Shown here: one piece after another, positions 1 through 14,367 of the stretch
Numbering within the stretch: the stretch's first letter is position 1
Layout of the letters: each line of letters starts with the position of its first letter
Assembly (NCBI RefSeq): GCF_009914755.1
Contig: NC_060926.1
Direction: 5' to 3' (one strand)
Length of the DNA: 64,000 bases
Source of the DNA: the human T2T-CHM13v2.0 reference genome, Homo sapiens
Made by a program: the position numbers and the translations under genes
The notes under the pieces: generated by a model
What the model was told of the DNA's origin: nothing
Database searches by the model: none
What the model saw: the letters and a program-made list of their open reading frames with translations, nothing else

Positions 1-1117
1 AAGAGGCAGAATGTTATTAGAGGACACAATATAGACATCAGCTTTTCTCTGCCTCTTTCTAATGCTGCCAGACAGTCTGTCAACTCCCACTCAGGAGCAA
101 GGAAACTCCCTGAGTTTGGAATATTTTAAGGCCATTTTGAAAGTCACGCTGGCATATTGTTGCAGTGTGCTTCAGTGACATATAAAATCAATCTCTCTTT
201 CTGCCTCTCTCCATCTCCTAATTGTCACAGCTCTAGACAGCCTCAGACCAGCAGTGGTTCAGTTCACTACATAACTAGATATAATTTAATGGAATTAATT
301 GGTCCCCGAAGCTGCCTGCAGAAGACTTTTATATTCCAGCTCAAAAAGAGAGCTAATACCAAAATGTACATACGGATAGCATAGGTAAGCAAGCATCCTC
401 AAATTAGGGTTCCGGCACATCTAATAAAATGTAATAAAAAACTGTGTTTGTTATTAAATAGACCTTGTTTACTTTGTCATTTTGGTTTTTGAAGAGTCTT
501 TTGTTAATAGCACAAGGTAAATTAAACTCAACTGGAATGCATTATTTTGTTAAACAGTTATTATTTTTATATGATAACATTTTAAAATAGGTTTAGTAAG
601 ATACTTTAAAACAATGACAAAATAAGGACCTGAAACCCTTATAATCGTTCTATGGTTTAGACAAATTTCTAGATCTTACATGTTTGACAAAAACAAAATA
701 AATATAAGTATAGGTGAGAACATTTTGGCTCTGCCAGGAGGCAAATCATGTCCCTCTCATTTACCTATGTAAAAGCCTATAAGGAAGCTAATATTTACTA
801 TGTCTGCTATATTGTAGGCACTGTTGAGGTGCATGCAGACCTGAAAAGTGGAATGGGTCACTGTCAGACTAGGGGAGCCTAAAATATTTCCCATATTGTT
901 TCAATGTGGGGCCTTTTAATGTTTTTAAACAGGGAACTGACATGAACTAAATTGTGCTTTAGGAAGACTAGGAATGATGGTTTGGAAGAGTGACAGAAGG
1001 AAGAGAAGTAAATCGAGAACAATCGCAGAAGTTCTAGGTTTGAGGTAATAAGGGAAACTACCAAACTTAGACTGTTCTACTTACTGTTTTTTCTGGATGA
1101 TGGAAATTCAGCCTGTT

Positions 1118-2450
1118 TTAGAGAGCCCAAAAGCAGACCTACACTTGTATAGACACTTGATTTATGACTGAGTTGGTATTATAGCGCAGTGGAGAAAGAA
1201 TGAACTTTTCAATAAATGATTCTGGGTCAACTGGCAATCATATGGAAAAAATGAAATGGGAGCCCTGCCTCACACATACCAAGGGAGGAGGGTGGAAAAT
1301 TGAGGTGAATCATGACCTGGATGTGAAAAACAAAAGTATAAAGCTGTTAGAAGACAATATAGAAGAATACCTTTTTGACCCTGAAATAGGAAAGATTGGT
1401 TAAATAAGGGGAACAACAGTGTAAGATTGACAGATTTGACTGTTAACATTAAGAACACTGGTTCATTGAAGGATTTTATAAAAAGCGATAAAAGCCACTA
1501 AATACCTGTAATACATATAACACAAAAGGTTAGTATACAGAATGTATAAATAATCAATAAAAAAAGAGAACTTGTTAGAATATGAACAAAAGAATGAATG
1601 TGTATTTCACAGAAGCACAAATATTCAGAAAACATATAAAAAGATGCTCAAGTTCATTAGTAATAAGAGAAATGCAAATTAAAATAATACTACTATACCA
1701 TTTCATATTCACCGGATTTGCAAAAATTAAGAACTCTAAAAATATTAAGAGTAGGTAAAAATGTGGAAGGGGGGAAATCTGAAAACACTGCTTCCTGGAG
1801 GAAGTATAAATTGGTCTAACCACCACTTTAGAAAACAATTTGGCATTCCTGAATTTCATTTGCATGTTTCCTACAACACAGTAACAGGTACGTACCTTAA
1901 ATAAATTATTTTATATGTGCACCAGGAGAAATATACAGGAATGTTCATAATATGCAGAAAATAACTCAAATGTCTACCAACTGTAGAGTGGATTAAAAAG
2001 GTTTTAGTATATGCACACATTGGAGTCGTTGCAGAAACAGAAATGAATAAGCTGCAGTTAAAAGCATCAACATGGATCATTTCAAAACTGATGTTGAATG
2101 AAAAAGGCAAGTCAACAGAATGCATAAAGCATGATTCCATTTGTATGAAGTTCAAAAACAGAAAAAATAACTAAACAGTATGTTATGTAAGAATAGGTGC
2201 AAGAGTAGTTTTTAAAAACTTTTATAAGGAAAATCAAAAGTAAAATAACATAAAATTCAAAACAGTATCTCTTAGGAAGAAGAAGGATGAAGTATTTAAG
2301 GAGGGGCCGAAGGAGACCTCTAGAAATAGTAATGTTGGATGTTTTGCTCTGGGTTATTGATAACATGAGACTACATTTCAATACTTTCGTTTTAATGTTC
2401 ATAAGTTCTTTTGTATTTTTGCTGTATTTCATGTGAAAACATTTTAAAAC
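1118..2450 (+). mobile_element. Old L1 (L1MC/L1ME-type) 3' ORF2 and 3'UTR fragment
   Basis: Degenerate L1 ORF2 3' motifs (ttttcaataaatgattctggg, ctgttagaagacaatatagaagaatacc, agagaaatgcaaattaaaataatac); ORF 1200-1403 reads IKLLEDNIEEYL, as in L1 ORF2. Confidence 0.8.
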
Positions 2451-2454
2451 AAAA

Positions 2455-3770
2455 TCAGCTTTTAATTTTAAGCATGATCATTTTCAAACAAATACAAAAG
2501 CAGAGGAACCCTCTGTTCCTAACATCCAGCTTCAACATTCATCAACATTTTGTCATTCTTTTTTCTTCCCTCTTCTCTCTTTCTCTGTCTCACACACACA
2601 CAAACACACACACACACTTACTTTTATTTTTCTAGAGTATTTCAAAGCAAATCCCAAGCATCATATTTCACCAGTAACTATTCTACTACCTTCCTCTAAC
2701 AAATAACTTTTTAAAACATAATACCATTGTCACACCCAAAAAATTTAACAATAATTTGTTAATGTGAGCTAATACCCAATTCTTGTTCATTTTCCACTGT
2801 TGTCTAAAAATCGTTTTTTGTAGTTTGTCTATTTAAATCAGGTTAAAACAATGTCCACATATTAAATTTGGTTGATATGTCTCTTAAGACTCTCTTAATA
2901 AAAAAGTTTGTCCCCATTCATTTTTAAATTTGATATTTACTTGTTAAAGGATTTGGGTCATTTGTCCTGCAGAATTTCCCGCATGGCTGATTGCAACCTC
3001 ATGGTGTCATTTGCAATGATGGTTAGTTCTAGAGGTTTGATTAGATGCAGATTCACATTTTTTTGACAAAGAATAGTTCCTAGATGGTACTGAACACACA
3101 TAGGGAATGTGATGTGATGTGTATCCCATCAGAAAACCATAATGTCTGGTTGTCTCATTTTTAGGGATGTTAAGTTGATCAGAAGTTCAGGCATTATCAG
3201 TCTGACTTGTTCATTATAAAGTTCCCCATCAACCATTCACAGGATGTTTTTCTACATTCATGAGTTTTACCTCAATCCATTTTTTTTTAAATTAGGAGTT
3301 ACAAATTGTGGTTTTTCTCCTTTTATAATTTCTTCTGCACTTACTAGTTAGAAATTGTCTACGGAGAAGAACTTTCTGTCTTCAACTCCTTGGTTAACTT
3401 AAAATACAGGTAGCAAAGGAAAGGTAGGATAAATTTCTCCTATTTATCAATTTTTAGGAGAATGAGTTGGTGCCCTAGGAAACTCCAAAGCTAACTAGTT
3501 TTAAGTAAGATTCTGGATTTGTGGATTTTAATGTACTGTATTTGAATTGCTTCAACCCATTGCAGTCATTATTCTTGTTGGTGCTCAAATTGTCCCATTT
3601 TTGGGCAATAGGAGCCCCTTCAAATTGCCTCATGTGAAAAAAAAAAAAACAGACTCTAATAGTCTTGACAGTTTTTTTTTTTTTCTTTTGGCTTTTTAGC
3701 ATGATAAGATTGTCCCAGGTTCTTATACGGTTCATACCCAGATCTGAGTCAGCTATCAGCCATTTCTCTT
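2455..3770 (-). mobile_element. Old L1 (L1MC4/5-like) 3' end containing a (CA)n tract
   Basis: agagtatttcaaagcaaatcccaagcatcat and gctcaaattgtcccattttgggcaataggagccccttcaaattg resemble antisense L1MC 3' ends; (CA)n at ~2591-2617. Confidence 0.7.
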
Positions 3771-3979
3771 TAAAAAAAAAAAAAAAAAAAGTCAGCTTGC
3801 CTTAAAAATTTTAAATAATGACAAATTTTCTAAAAATATGTACTACATGTTTAGCACTTTTGTGGGAAGGAGCTCATGAAGGAATCTTAATAAAACTTTG
3901 TGCCAAGATGACCTAGGAAAGCATGACCCATTAAGTGCTTTTTCCCGAAAGAAGTTATACATTGACGTCTGTGCCAGCA

Positions 3980-4305
3980 TTGAAGAAGCATCTTCTATGT
4001 GCAGGACATTGGGGATACAGCAGACTTGATGCCTGCCTCACGGAGCCTACAGTCTCGTGAGAGAGACAGTAAAACAATGATAAGTTGTGATAAACTCTAT
4101 GAAGAAAGCAACAGGATAATAGAGGGAGAGTAACTTTGTGGGAGTTGGGTTACGAATCCTAAGTAAAGTAGTTGGGGACAACCTCTTCCAGGAAGTATAA
4201 TGAATAAAAATGGGTCAGCCATAAGAACTTTTTATGGAGTAAAAAATGGAGGGTTGTATTCCTACAGAAGAAGCAGCAAGTTAAAAACCTTGAGGCATGA
4301 GCTAG
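3980..4305 (-). mobile_element. L2 fragment
   Basis: ctatgtgcaggacattggggatacagcag...cctgcctcacggagcctacagtct matches the antisense L2 3' region. Confidence 0.65.
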
Positions 4306-5531
4306 TCCATCCAAGATCTACAATCTGTTTTCTCTTATAACCAAAGATAAACATTTTTTATAGTTAATCAGAAGTGGACCAAACAAATCAGTTTTGATTA
4401 ATGCCTTTGTTCTAATGCCGTCTGCCTGAGACTGTTGGAATAATTGGATAAAATGAGACATTTTGCTACAAAAAGCCCCCGTGCTACAGCATTAGTGAAT
4501 TGTAAATGAGATTTAGGTTCATGAGAAAGGTCTTATGCAGAACCTGGAACATTACTGAGTGGTTACTATTCTTGTTTCTATAGTAGGTAACTAGGCTATA
4601 TCTGCAATACATTTACTGAACACTTAAACAGAAAGGCAGTAGTTTGATGAAAGTGTTGCTGGCATATATGTTAGCATTCTTAGAGGGTTAAACAAGTAAG
4701 AACATAGGTAAAAGGGAACCAATACTTATAATCTACGATGAGGTTTCATCATGAATAGGGAATTGTTTTATAATCTGCAGGAATGTTTATGTATAAATCT
4801 TCTAGCCTGATGTTCCTCAGATATTAATCGTCAGACCCTACTTTGTGAAGCCCTAAATTAAGAAACTAAAATCTTTTATGTCATTGCTAAAGAAAAATAT
4901 TTTCTTTATAAATGGTAATATGCTTTTAAAAACAATTCATTAAAATGAAACATACCATTTTAAAATTCTCAGAATGTGTTCCCCAACCCCACCAGAGCTT
5001 GAGAAGCACTATTGACTTCATACTTCTTACCACAACTCATAACTTCCTTCCTGACCAGGCCCTTCCCATTTTTCCAGATTCATTTCCACTATATTACCTC
5101 TTGGCACAGAGTTCTTTCCTCCCTTCCATTGCCTGCTTCTTCCAACCCTCACCATATTGTTGTATGGTGAGGGTTGGAAGTGTTGGAGGGTTGGAAGACC
5201 AACTGTGGCCTTTTCTAATCCATTTGCCTAGGGCACCTTTCACCTTTCTTCACCTGGTTCATTCTTACTCTTTCTACAAGACTCAGTTCTATCCAGACTT
5301 TCTTCAGCCACCAGGTTGGGTCGAGTACCCCTCCCACGGTTCCCAGTCTGAACCTCTCTCCAAACATCAATCATATGAATTCATTCAGTAAATAAGAACA
5401 CAACTGGAATGGAGGAGGAGCAGAGTTGGAGGAGAGTTGGAGAATTATAGGCAAAAAGATGAGTATGTGCAAAAGTGTATGCCTGGAGATCTACAAATCA
5501 TTCATTGTGACTTACAATGCCAAGTACATGC

Positions 5532-5847
5532 TGCTATGGTCTGAATGGCCCCAAAATTGACATGTTGAAACTTAATCCCCATTGTGTTGGTATTAAGAGG
5601 TGGGACCTTTCGAGAAGTGATTAAGTCATGAGGGCTTTGCCCTTATGAATGGATTAGTGACTTATAAAAGGGCTGGAGGGAGCTAGTTTGGGCCTACTTT
5701 GCCCTTCTGCTCTTGGCCATGTGAGGATGCAGCAAGAAGGCTCTCACCAAACACTGAATGCCAGCACCTTGATCTTGGACCTGGCAACCTCCAGAACTGT
5801 AAGAAATAAATTCCTACAGTTTATTTCTGTGGTATTTTGTTATAGCA
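5532..5847 (+). mobile_element. ERVL-MaLR solo LTR (MSTC/MSTD-like)
   Basis: Starts tgctatggtctgaatg; contains accttgatcttggacctggcaacctccagaactgtaagaaataaa; 5-bp TSD CATGC at 5527-5531 and 5848-5852. Confidence 0.85.
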
Positions 5848-5986
5848 CATGCATTTTGTTAAGGTACATGCAGAGGTGAGTGAGACTGGAGCTGGAAATA
5901 CTTAAGTAGGGGCCCACATCATGAGAACTTTATTAGAATACCACTGTGCAATGAGTGAAATTTTAAAAATATATTAAGCATAGTCA

Positions 5987-6320
<334 letters not shown>

Positions 6321-6542
6321 TCATCTGGGCTTTATTCTGTTGACCCAAGGGCATTACTGAGGGGTTTTATGAAATCTGAATTGCAATCTAAGTTACAAGG
6401 TCAGATTTATGATTAGAAAGAATACATTGTCATCAAGATGGTAGATAGATTCAAGAGGAATAAGTGAGACTAGAATCAGAAACAGCAATTGTTCTGGAGA
6501 AGAAGTGACAATGGCTTAAACTAGAGCCAAGATGTATAAAAG

Positions 6543-7385
6543 CAGTGTCACTGATCCATTCTAGGTACAGGCAGTAAGGAGTGCATTGTCTGTGGAGAAT
6601 GTAACAACAATAAGAAAATAACTAAAAATCTGTTGGCTTTCCATTATCACTGAGCACACTTTTTATCACTAAACAATATTAGTAATAAGTATACACCCTC
6701 AAAAAATATTTTGTTGGTCTGAGTTCCAAACAATTGCCATGGTTACTGTGGAGGTTTAATAATTGTATTCATTATCTATTACTGATGAATAGTTATTCCC
6801 CAAATTTATCAGCTTAAACAACAAACATTTATTATCTCACATGGTTTCTGAGGGTCAGGAATTTAAGAGTGGCTTAGCTGGGTTCCGGCTCAGGGTCTCT
6901 CATGAGATTAAGCTGTTAACCAGTGAAGTAGTCACCTGAAGATTTGACTGGAGCTGGAGGAACTGCTTCCAAGCTCACTCATATGGCTGTTGACTGGCAT
7001 CCTCAGCTTCTCTCTATATGAGCCTCTCTCTACAAGACTGCTCCTGACATGGCAGTGGCTGTCTCCAGAGTGAATGATCAGAGAGAGAGTGTGAGATGGT
7101 GTGATCGACTGAGACATAAGCTGCAGTGTCTTTTATAGCCTGATCTCAGAAATGACTTACCATCAATCTGCCATATTCTATTAGTCACCATGTGGCAAGG
7201 GACACTGCCTACACAAAAAGGTGAATACTAGGGTGAGCAAAATTAAAGATCCTCTTGGAGGCTGGCTACCACCATAATGTATATGGTGAAAACATTCTTA
7301 TTACTTAGTCTACTTACTTACTCATACAATAAACATCGTATGCTACTTTGAAGTTAATTTAGAAAATTACTCTTTAAGCAGTTAC
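6543..7385. mobile_element. hAT DNA transposon remnant (MER97-like) interrupted by an MLT1F LTR
   Basis: gtacaggcagtaaggagtgcattgtctgtggagaat...ttttgttggtctgagttccaaacaattgc resembles MER97; the sequence resumes after 7275. Confidence 0.5.
6764..7273 (-). mobile_element. ERVL-MaLR solo LTR (MLT1F-like)
   Basis: cagcttaaacaacaaacatttattatctcacatggtttctgagggtcaggaattt...ggaggctggctaccac is typical of antisense MLT1F. Confidence 0.8.
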
Positions 7386-7750
7386 TCCCCATTTCCCGCT
7401 CCTCCTAGCCCCTGGTAACCAGCAATCTGCTTTCTGTTTCTATGGATTTACCACTTCTGGATATTTCATATAAATGGAATTATACAACCTATGACCTTTT
7501 CTTGCCTGGCTTCTTTCACTTAGCATAATGTTTTTTTTTAGGTGTATCTGCTTGTAGCATGTTTCAGTGCTTCATTCCTTTTCATGGCTGAATAATATTG
7601 TTACACACATATATATGTTAAATATATAATATACATGTATATATCACAATTCATTTATCCATTCACCTGTTGATGGATATTTGGGTTGTTTTCGCCTTTT
7701 GGCTATTGTGAATAGTGCTGTAATGAATGTTTATATAAAAGTATTTTGTA
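7375..7750 (-). mobile_element. L1MB/ME 3' fragment
   Basis: ctctgctttctgtttctatggattta...cttctttcacttagcataatgttt...gatggatatttgggttgttt. Confidence 0.8.
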
Positions 7751-7846
7751 GGGGTTGGGTGTTACTGATTTTGACATGCCAGTGAACATTTGAGTGTGTT
7801 CAGTAGGTGCTCATGCCTGTGAGTCTAAAGCTAAGAGGAGAGGTCA

Positions 7847-8256
<410 letters not shown>

Positions 8257-8589
8257 CTAAGGAGAGCATGCACAGAAAAAAGAACAATGGACCAAGGGTA
8301 GGAATTAAGTCAAAATATTTATGGCATAAAAGACTTGGCTAAAATCTTTAGACATTCTCTGCTCTAGTACCTTGGGCATCCTTAGCATCAAACCAGCTCA
8401 CATAGGCAGAGCTTCTCATTTATTCTTAACCTATGAACTTTGTAAAACTATATAATTTCCTTCAATTACTTACTCAAGAGTTTAGTCATTTTTATTATTA
8501 AGAAATCCCCTTTTATTTCTAGGTGCTCAAATTGCAATTTATGACATTAAGAAATCCCATTCTGTTCTGTGGAAGATAGATAATGTTTT

Positions 8590-9310
8590 GTCAGTGCTCT
8601 AAGATATAAATAGCTTCTCAGGCATCTTTTCTATTTGACTAAATAATCCCAGGCCTTTCATCTTTCCTTTAAATATTTTCTCATATTTAGATGCATTTTC
8701 TAGGTCTCCTGTAATTTGCTACATCATGAGTCAGTTGGATAATCTAGTAGGGTGCTATCATGCTCAATAAAGTATGTGCTTTACTGAGTTCTTTTCGTGA
8801 ATCCTTCTTTTAAGATAGTGTCATGTTCTGTTATTATAAAAAGAACAAGACAAACCCACTATTGATTTACTAGTATCTTTAACGTGTGTTCCATTATGAG
8901 CTCAAGCCCATTTATTGGCATTTATGTCTAGATCTTTATTTCTCTTATTCTATCAGTAGACAGTATTTTAATTTCAGGGTACATGTTAATATTTCCTTCA
9001 AAATTTTTGATTAAAATCTTTTGTTTTACATATATCTCTAATTTGCTTAAAAAAAAATATTCTTCTTATATTTTTAAGTGTTAATACTTTTGTCCTATTT
9101 GTTATACCAGGGTTGAAAATTTTCCCAATTCCTCTTTGTCACTGATAGGGGATACTGAACAACACTGGGGACCTAAAATTCATCCCAATGTGGTAGATTT
9201 CAAGCAGATTGACACTAAGCTGTTCGCCTGCACTTTTGGGGATATTACTCTCCATCAAATTATGCTCCTAGGATTGCATGAGACTTTTTATGTTTGCAAC
9301 CTTTGCACTT
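8590..9310 (-). mobile_element. L3/CR1 LINE remnant (RT region)
   Basis: The minus strand near 9140-9180 reads LGP-VLFSI-ISD, matching the CR1 RT motif GSVLGPVLFNIFINDL; ctaaataatcccaggcctttcatctttcc at ~8640 is also L3-like. Confidence 0.6.
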
Positions 9311-9974
9311 TAATGGACACTGGAGTGTAAGCAAGACTGTAAATCTGTCTACAGGACTAAATTCCAGCTCATACGAACCTCAGTTGTTTCCATTTCTTGT
9401 ATGCTCAATGTAGAATGCAGTGATGGTAAAACATCCAATCTTTGCCAGGACTTTTTGTGTTTGACATATACATTGTGATGGACACAGCAAGGGTAATGAA
9501 ATGCAAGTAATTCTGTGCTGCCAAAATGCTTTTGTTGGAAATTTTTTCTGTTTGGAAGATGCCTGGCCTAGCGAGTTGAAGGAAATCTAACCCAGCATTC
9601 AGAAGAACAGAAACTACACTCTGATGTCTGGAAGAAAGTGACTCCTGAATAATGGGATTACAGGCCAGTGATGTTAATTGCTGTGCAGTCATTAGGATAA
9701 CTAGACTTTTTGAAAGATTGGTCTTGTATGTGCTCAGAGGGAGGAGCTAACATACCTTAGTGTTATGCAGGGAGACGAGATCACCTAATAATTTCCTGGG
9801 TTACCTACTTAGTTAGTTATCTACTAAACTCCTGGGTAATTGGTGTTGGTGGAGAATGGGCAGAGTCTGTATAGGTCAGGGCACCTACCAGGATCCTGCA
9901 TGAAAAACAGCCATTTTCTAGTTGGCTTCCTAGAGGTCATGCTCACATTTGACTTCCATGAATTTCTTACACTT

Positions 9975-10165
9975 GATAAGTCTTATACAATGTCAGACAA
10001 TTACTTAATGTCACCTCACTTAATCCTCACGATCCCCCTGCTATGTAGGTTACTGTCTTTGCATTTGCAGATAAGAAGACAAAACTGCCTGAGGTTACAT
10101 CTTGCCCAAGCCTTCAGAGTAGAGGAATCATGATTTGGATGGGGTTTATTCTCATTGCATTATGC
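9975..10165 (-). mobile_element. MIR
   Basis: cacttaatcctcac...catttgcagataagaagac...cttgcccaag is the antisense MIR core. Confidence 0.7.
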
Positions 10166-10899
10166 CTCATTATTTCACTTTAAGCAAAGAGCCAATGGAT
10201 GATATAAACAATTCAGTTAATTTTCTAATTAATTTTGTAATTAGTAGAAACATTTATGTAAATTTTCTGTAACATTGTGTATTTATCTACTCTCATCTTG
10301 TAAAAGCTTCTTCTGATCTTAATTCACATATAATTATGATTTTTATGCAGTTATAATCATAACAAATGCACAATTTCAGGTTCAATCACTCTCATGTAAC
10401 ATTTTATTCACATTTTTCTATGTTGTATAGCTTTTATAGTTATAATTTTAGTAACTATACAATAATGCACTCGGTAAATATTCAATCATAAAAGAAATGT
10501 AGCAGTGAAAATTAAGGCAGTACAAATATACCTCACTTTAGGAAAACCAGAATTATGGACAAGCAAAAAATGCAAAACAGGCTGAATATTTTCTTAACAA
10601 AAGGATTCAATATAGAATTCCTTTAAATAGTGTGCTCCTCTGGATCCCTGGGGAAATTCAGGTTTTCAAAATATGTGAAGGTCTCCCTAAGGCTGGATAA
10701 TTTCTGAGATCCTTTCTAGCACCACCATGATTAATGCATTGGTTGTGTAAAACGAGGATACCGATATATTCTAGGTGTTATTCAGTTACAGAAACCTACA
10801 GAAATGAAGGATGTGTTTACTTCTTAGGCCTTGGTGGTTCAATAAAAACTCAGAAGAGTTTTTCTCTCACTCATTCCCACGGAGCCCGAATCCAGGCAT

Positions 10900-11120
10900 T
10901 TCTAGAATTGTAGTGTCCTCAGGATGTCAGGGACAGTGTGCGGTCATCTATTCTAGTCTATCCTCTTGCCTCCAGTCGGAGCCACACCCAAAACCAGCCC
11001 AGACAGATGAGACTCTGTCCTATTTTTAACAAGATCCAGGGACGGGAGCATTCCTCATTTCCTCAATAACCCCATTTCAAAACCTGTATTCACACTTCCT
11101 GTTTAATTTTCATGCCATTA
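10900..11120 (-). mobile_element. L3/CR1 3' fragment
   Basis: ggtcatctattctagtc...ttgcctccag...ttcctcaataaccccatttcaa resembles the antisense L3 3' end. Confidence 0.5.
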
Positions 11121-12329
11121 ACAGAGACTCTCCATGTACTTCTTAAAACTTTATATCTAATATAGGATACATTTTTCATGAACTTAAAATTAAGGAAATA
11201 ATAAATAGGGCTCACATAGAAAACAATATGCATTTTAGATTGTCTGTGACTTTAGATGTATCAGTATAATGTCATATTATCTTATAACAGGATATACAGT
11301 AGCCAATATTATTTACTAAAAATCCCAAATTTTATAAACTGTAAATACATATCTTAAATATCTGGAGACATTTGACTGGGAATATGATTATATTTAAGAG
11401 AGAAGATAACAATATGCCCTCACTTACAAGCCCCCCACCCGCCAATGATTTTATTCTTGCTTAGTGAGATTAGATAATATTTAAGTGAGATTTTATTTAA
11501 GAAACGCAAGAATGAAAAAACTATAGTTTTATTTTTATTCAATGAGGTTCGAAAAAATCACTATTTACCATACTGCTGATGTTCTGCTAATTGCCTCCCA
11601 TCAACTTTTATTTTAGTTCTTTTAAACACTAGGAAGCTGAAAATTTTAAGGAGGCTTTTTAAAAGGACAAAGATTAGTAGAGGATAGAACTGGTGACTTT
11701 GATTCAGACCTGATGAGCATCCTTACTTTCATGTTTTCTACACAGCCCTTGCCTCAAATCAAAAGCTTGTTCTGGATTGCACGGGAATCTTTCTTAGTAG
11801 GTGAGATGTGCTTTCCTAAAGCATCATGAGTTAATTGCTTTCGTTTGGGCTACTTTATTTTATAAAGGTATCCTACAAAAACAGATTGATTATTTGACTC
11901 TGATAACATTCTGACAGGCCTGCTTGCTTCATTTTCTGTTTTTGTTTTTGTTTTTTTTTTTTAAGGAAAATTTCTGTTGTGAAGAATGTAAACAACAGTG
12001 TAAACACTCCCCTTGTTTCAGTCTCCTCTTGTCTGTTTTGTTTTTTTCTTTTTCTCCGTTTGGCACTGAGACTGATATGCAGCCGCAAGCACTAGATAAG
12101 AATTGTCTATCAGATTTAGCCATTCTGCACATGATTAATTTTGTTATGGGCAAAACATAGTGTTTTCTAGGTTTCTCTGGCAGTCACTGTATCAGGTGAT
12201 ACTTGCCCTTAAATCATCTTAGTTTATGTGGAGTAAAGCATGTCAGGTTGAAACAATTGTTTTCTTCCATTCATGCTACAGTACCTCTTGGGCTTTCTAG
12301 GATCATATTTTCATTCTTATGAAAATGGT

Positions 12330-12693
<364 letters not shown>

Positions 12694-13019
12694 CTATGAC
12701 AAAGACATGACTTTATTTTTCATGTTATAACTAATTTTGAGGCAAGTTAAACTAGTGAAAAAGAGAAGAAGAAGATCGTGTGAAACAGATAACGAAATAA
12801 AACAACCACAAAGCAGAAAGATGTCTTTCCTGTCAGGCTCTGGTAAAAAGATATAAACTCCTCAAGGGCAATACAATTTTGTATTTTACCAGTTTTCAGT
12901 GGCTGTACGATCAACAAATATTACTGAGTGGCTAATAGGTCTGCACACTCAGAAAATTTAGTCAAAAATGTATTTCCTAATAATATGAAAGTATAGTGCA
13001 GTCTCTTTTTATTGTTTAT

Positions 13020-13470
13020 ACAGATAGATTTTTGAGAGAAAGTCTGGAGACAGACTTAGGTTTGAACTCTTGCTGTTTTTATGTGTTTACTGATTTAATT
13101 TTTCCAGCTTTATTGAGGTATAATTAACAAAAATTTCACATATTTAAGGTATGCAATGTGATTTTTGAAATACGGATATATTGTGCAATGATTACCACAA
13201 TCATGCTAATATATCCATGGCCTTGCATACTTACCTTTGTGTTGTTATTGTTGAGCCCTTGCCTTTAATTGCTGTGTGACCCTGGACAAGTTACCTAACC
13301 TCGCAGTGCTTCAATTTCCTCATTATAAAATGGAGAGAACAACAATTGTTTCTTCTCAAAGGTTGTTGTATTTTATACATATGAAATATATAATTATATA
13401 TATATATATGCATTGAGAAATGTGCCTGGTAAATAATGAGCACTATGTATGATAGCATATGTTAGCTATT
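13020..13470 (+). mobile_element. MIR split by an antisense L1MA 3'-end fragment (~13095-13245)
   Basis: MIR core gctgtgtgaccctggacaagttacctaacctc...tttcctcattataaaatgg; the insert has ctttattgaggtataatt...gtgcaatgattaccacaatc, an L1MA terminus. Confidence 0.7.
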
Positions 13471-13688
13471 ATTGCTCATTTTAAAATGTAAGATATCATT
13501 GCCACTATTATTATAGTGATCTTGGGCATTAGCAAAAATTATGGTGTTTGAAAATGACAGCCAAGAGAATAGGAATTCTTCATAGAAATTCCAGACAGTA
13601 AAGGAACTCCTGGGTGGTGTGTAAACATGAATAAGAGGATTTACCCTTTACTGATCAAAATTACCACTATTTTGTGATTAACTGAATA

Positions 13689-13820
13689 CTTTTTTTTTTT
13701 TTTTAAGAGACAGGGTCTTCCTATATTACCCAGGTTGGTCTCAAACTCCTGGGTTCAACTGATCCTCCCTCCTCAGCCTCCCGAAGTGCTGGGGCTATAG
13801 GCATGAGCCACCAGGCCTGG
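13689..13820 (-). mobile_element. FLAM_C / Alu left monomer
   Basis: Poly-T then a single monomer; TSD tgattaactgaat on both sides. Confidence 0.9.
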
Positions 13821-14367
13821 ATGATTAACTGAATCTTAAAGTTCAGTTTAAATATCATGAAGATTCACAGAGGCAGTTATGACTTTTCTTGAGATGTACA
13901 GAGCTGGCCTGATCTTACCAAGCTTTCCGAGCTCAGGATGGGTGGGCATCGATCTTCCAAACTTCCTTTAGTTAAAGGAAACCTGCAATTTGCCTAAACT
14001 TCATACTTGTCATCTTCTCTGCTTGTCCTTTTGTGCTATCTCTAAGTTTCATCTGTGTTCTCCACATTTGGATAAGCACTTGCCAAGTTTCAAACTTCTT
14101 TGAATGATATAGAGCAATCCATAAAAATCACTAGGTCTTTTGTAAATTCTCCTTCTTCTTCATGCTATATGTAGGAATTGTTTAATTTCAAAAGCATCAC
14201 AAGCAGATTAAAATATTTTCCCATTTTGAGTATTCATTAATTTATTAGACAACTATTTACTGAACATTCCTATGGGTTAAGCACTTGATACATAAAGATA
14301 AATCAACTCTGCTTCCTGTCCATGTGTCCAAACTTACGTTCCAGTAGTTTAGTGTTGATCCATTCCA

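Noticed and set aside
4945-5391. 148-aa ORF, the longest outside L1
   Set aside because: Pyrimidine-rich composition, no recognisable domain or splice context; probably overlaps old repeat sequence.
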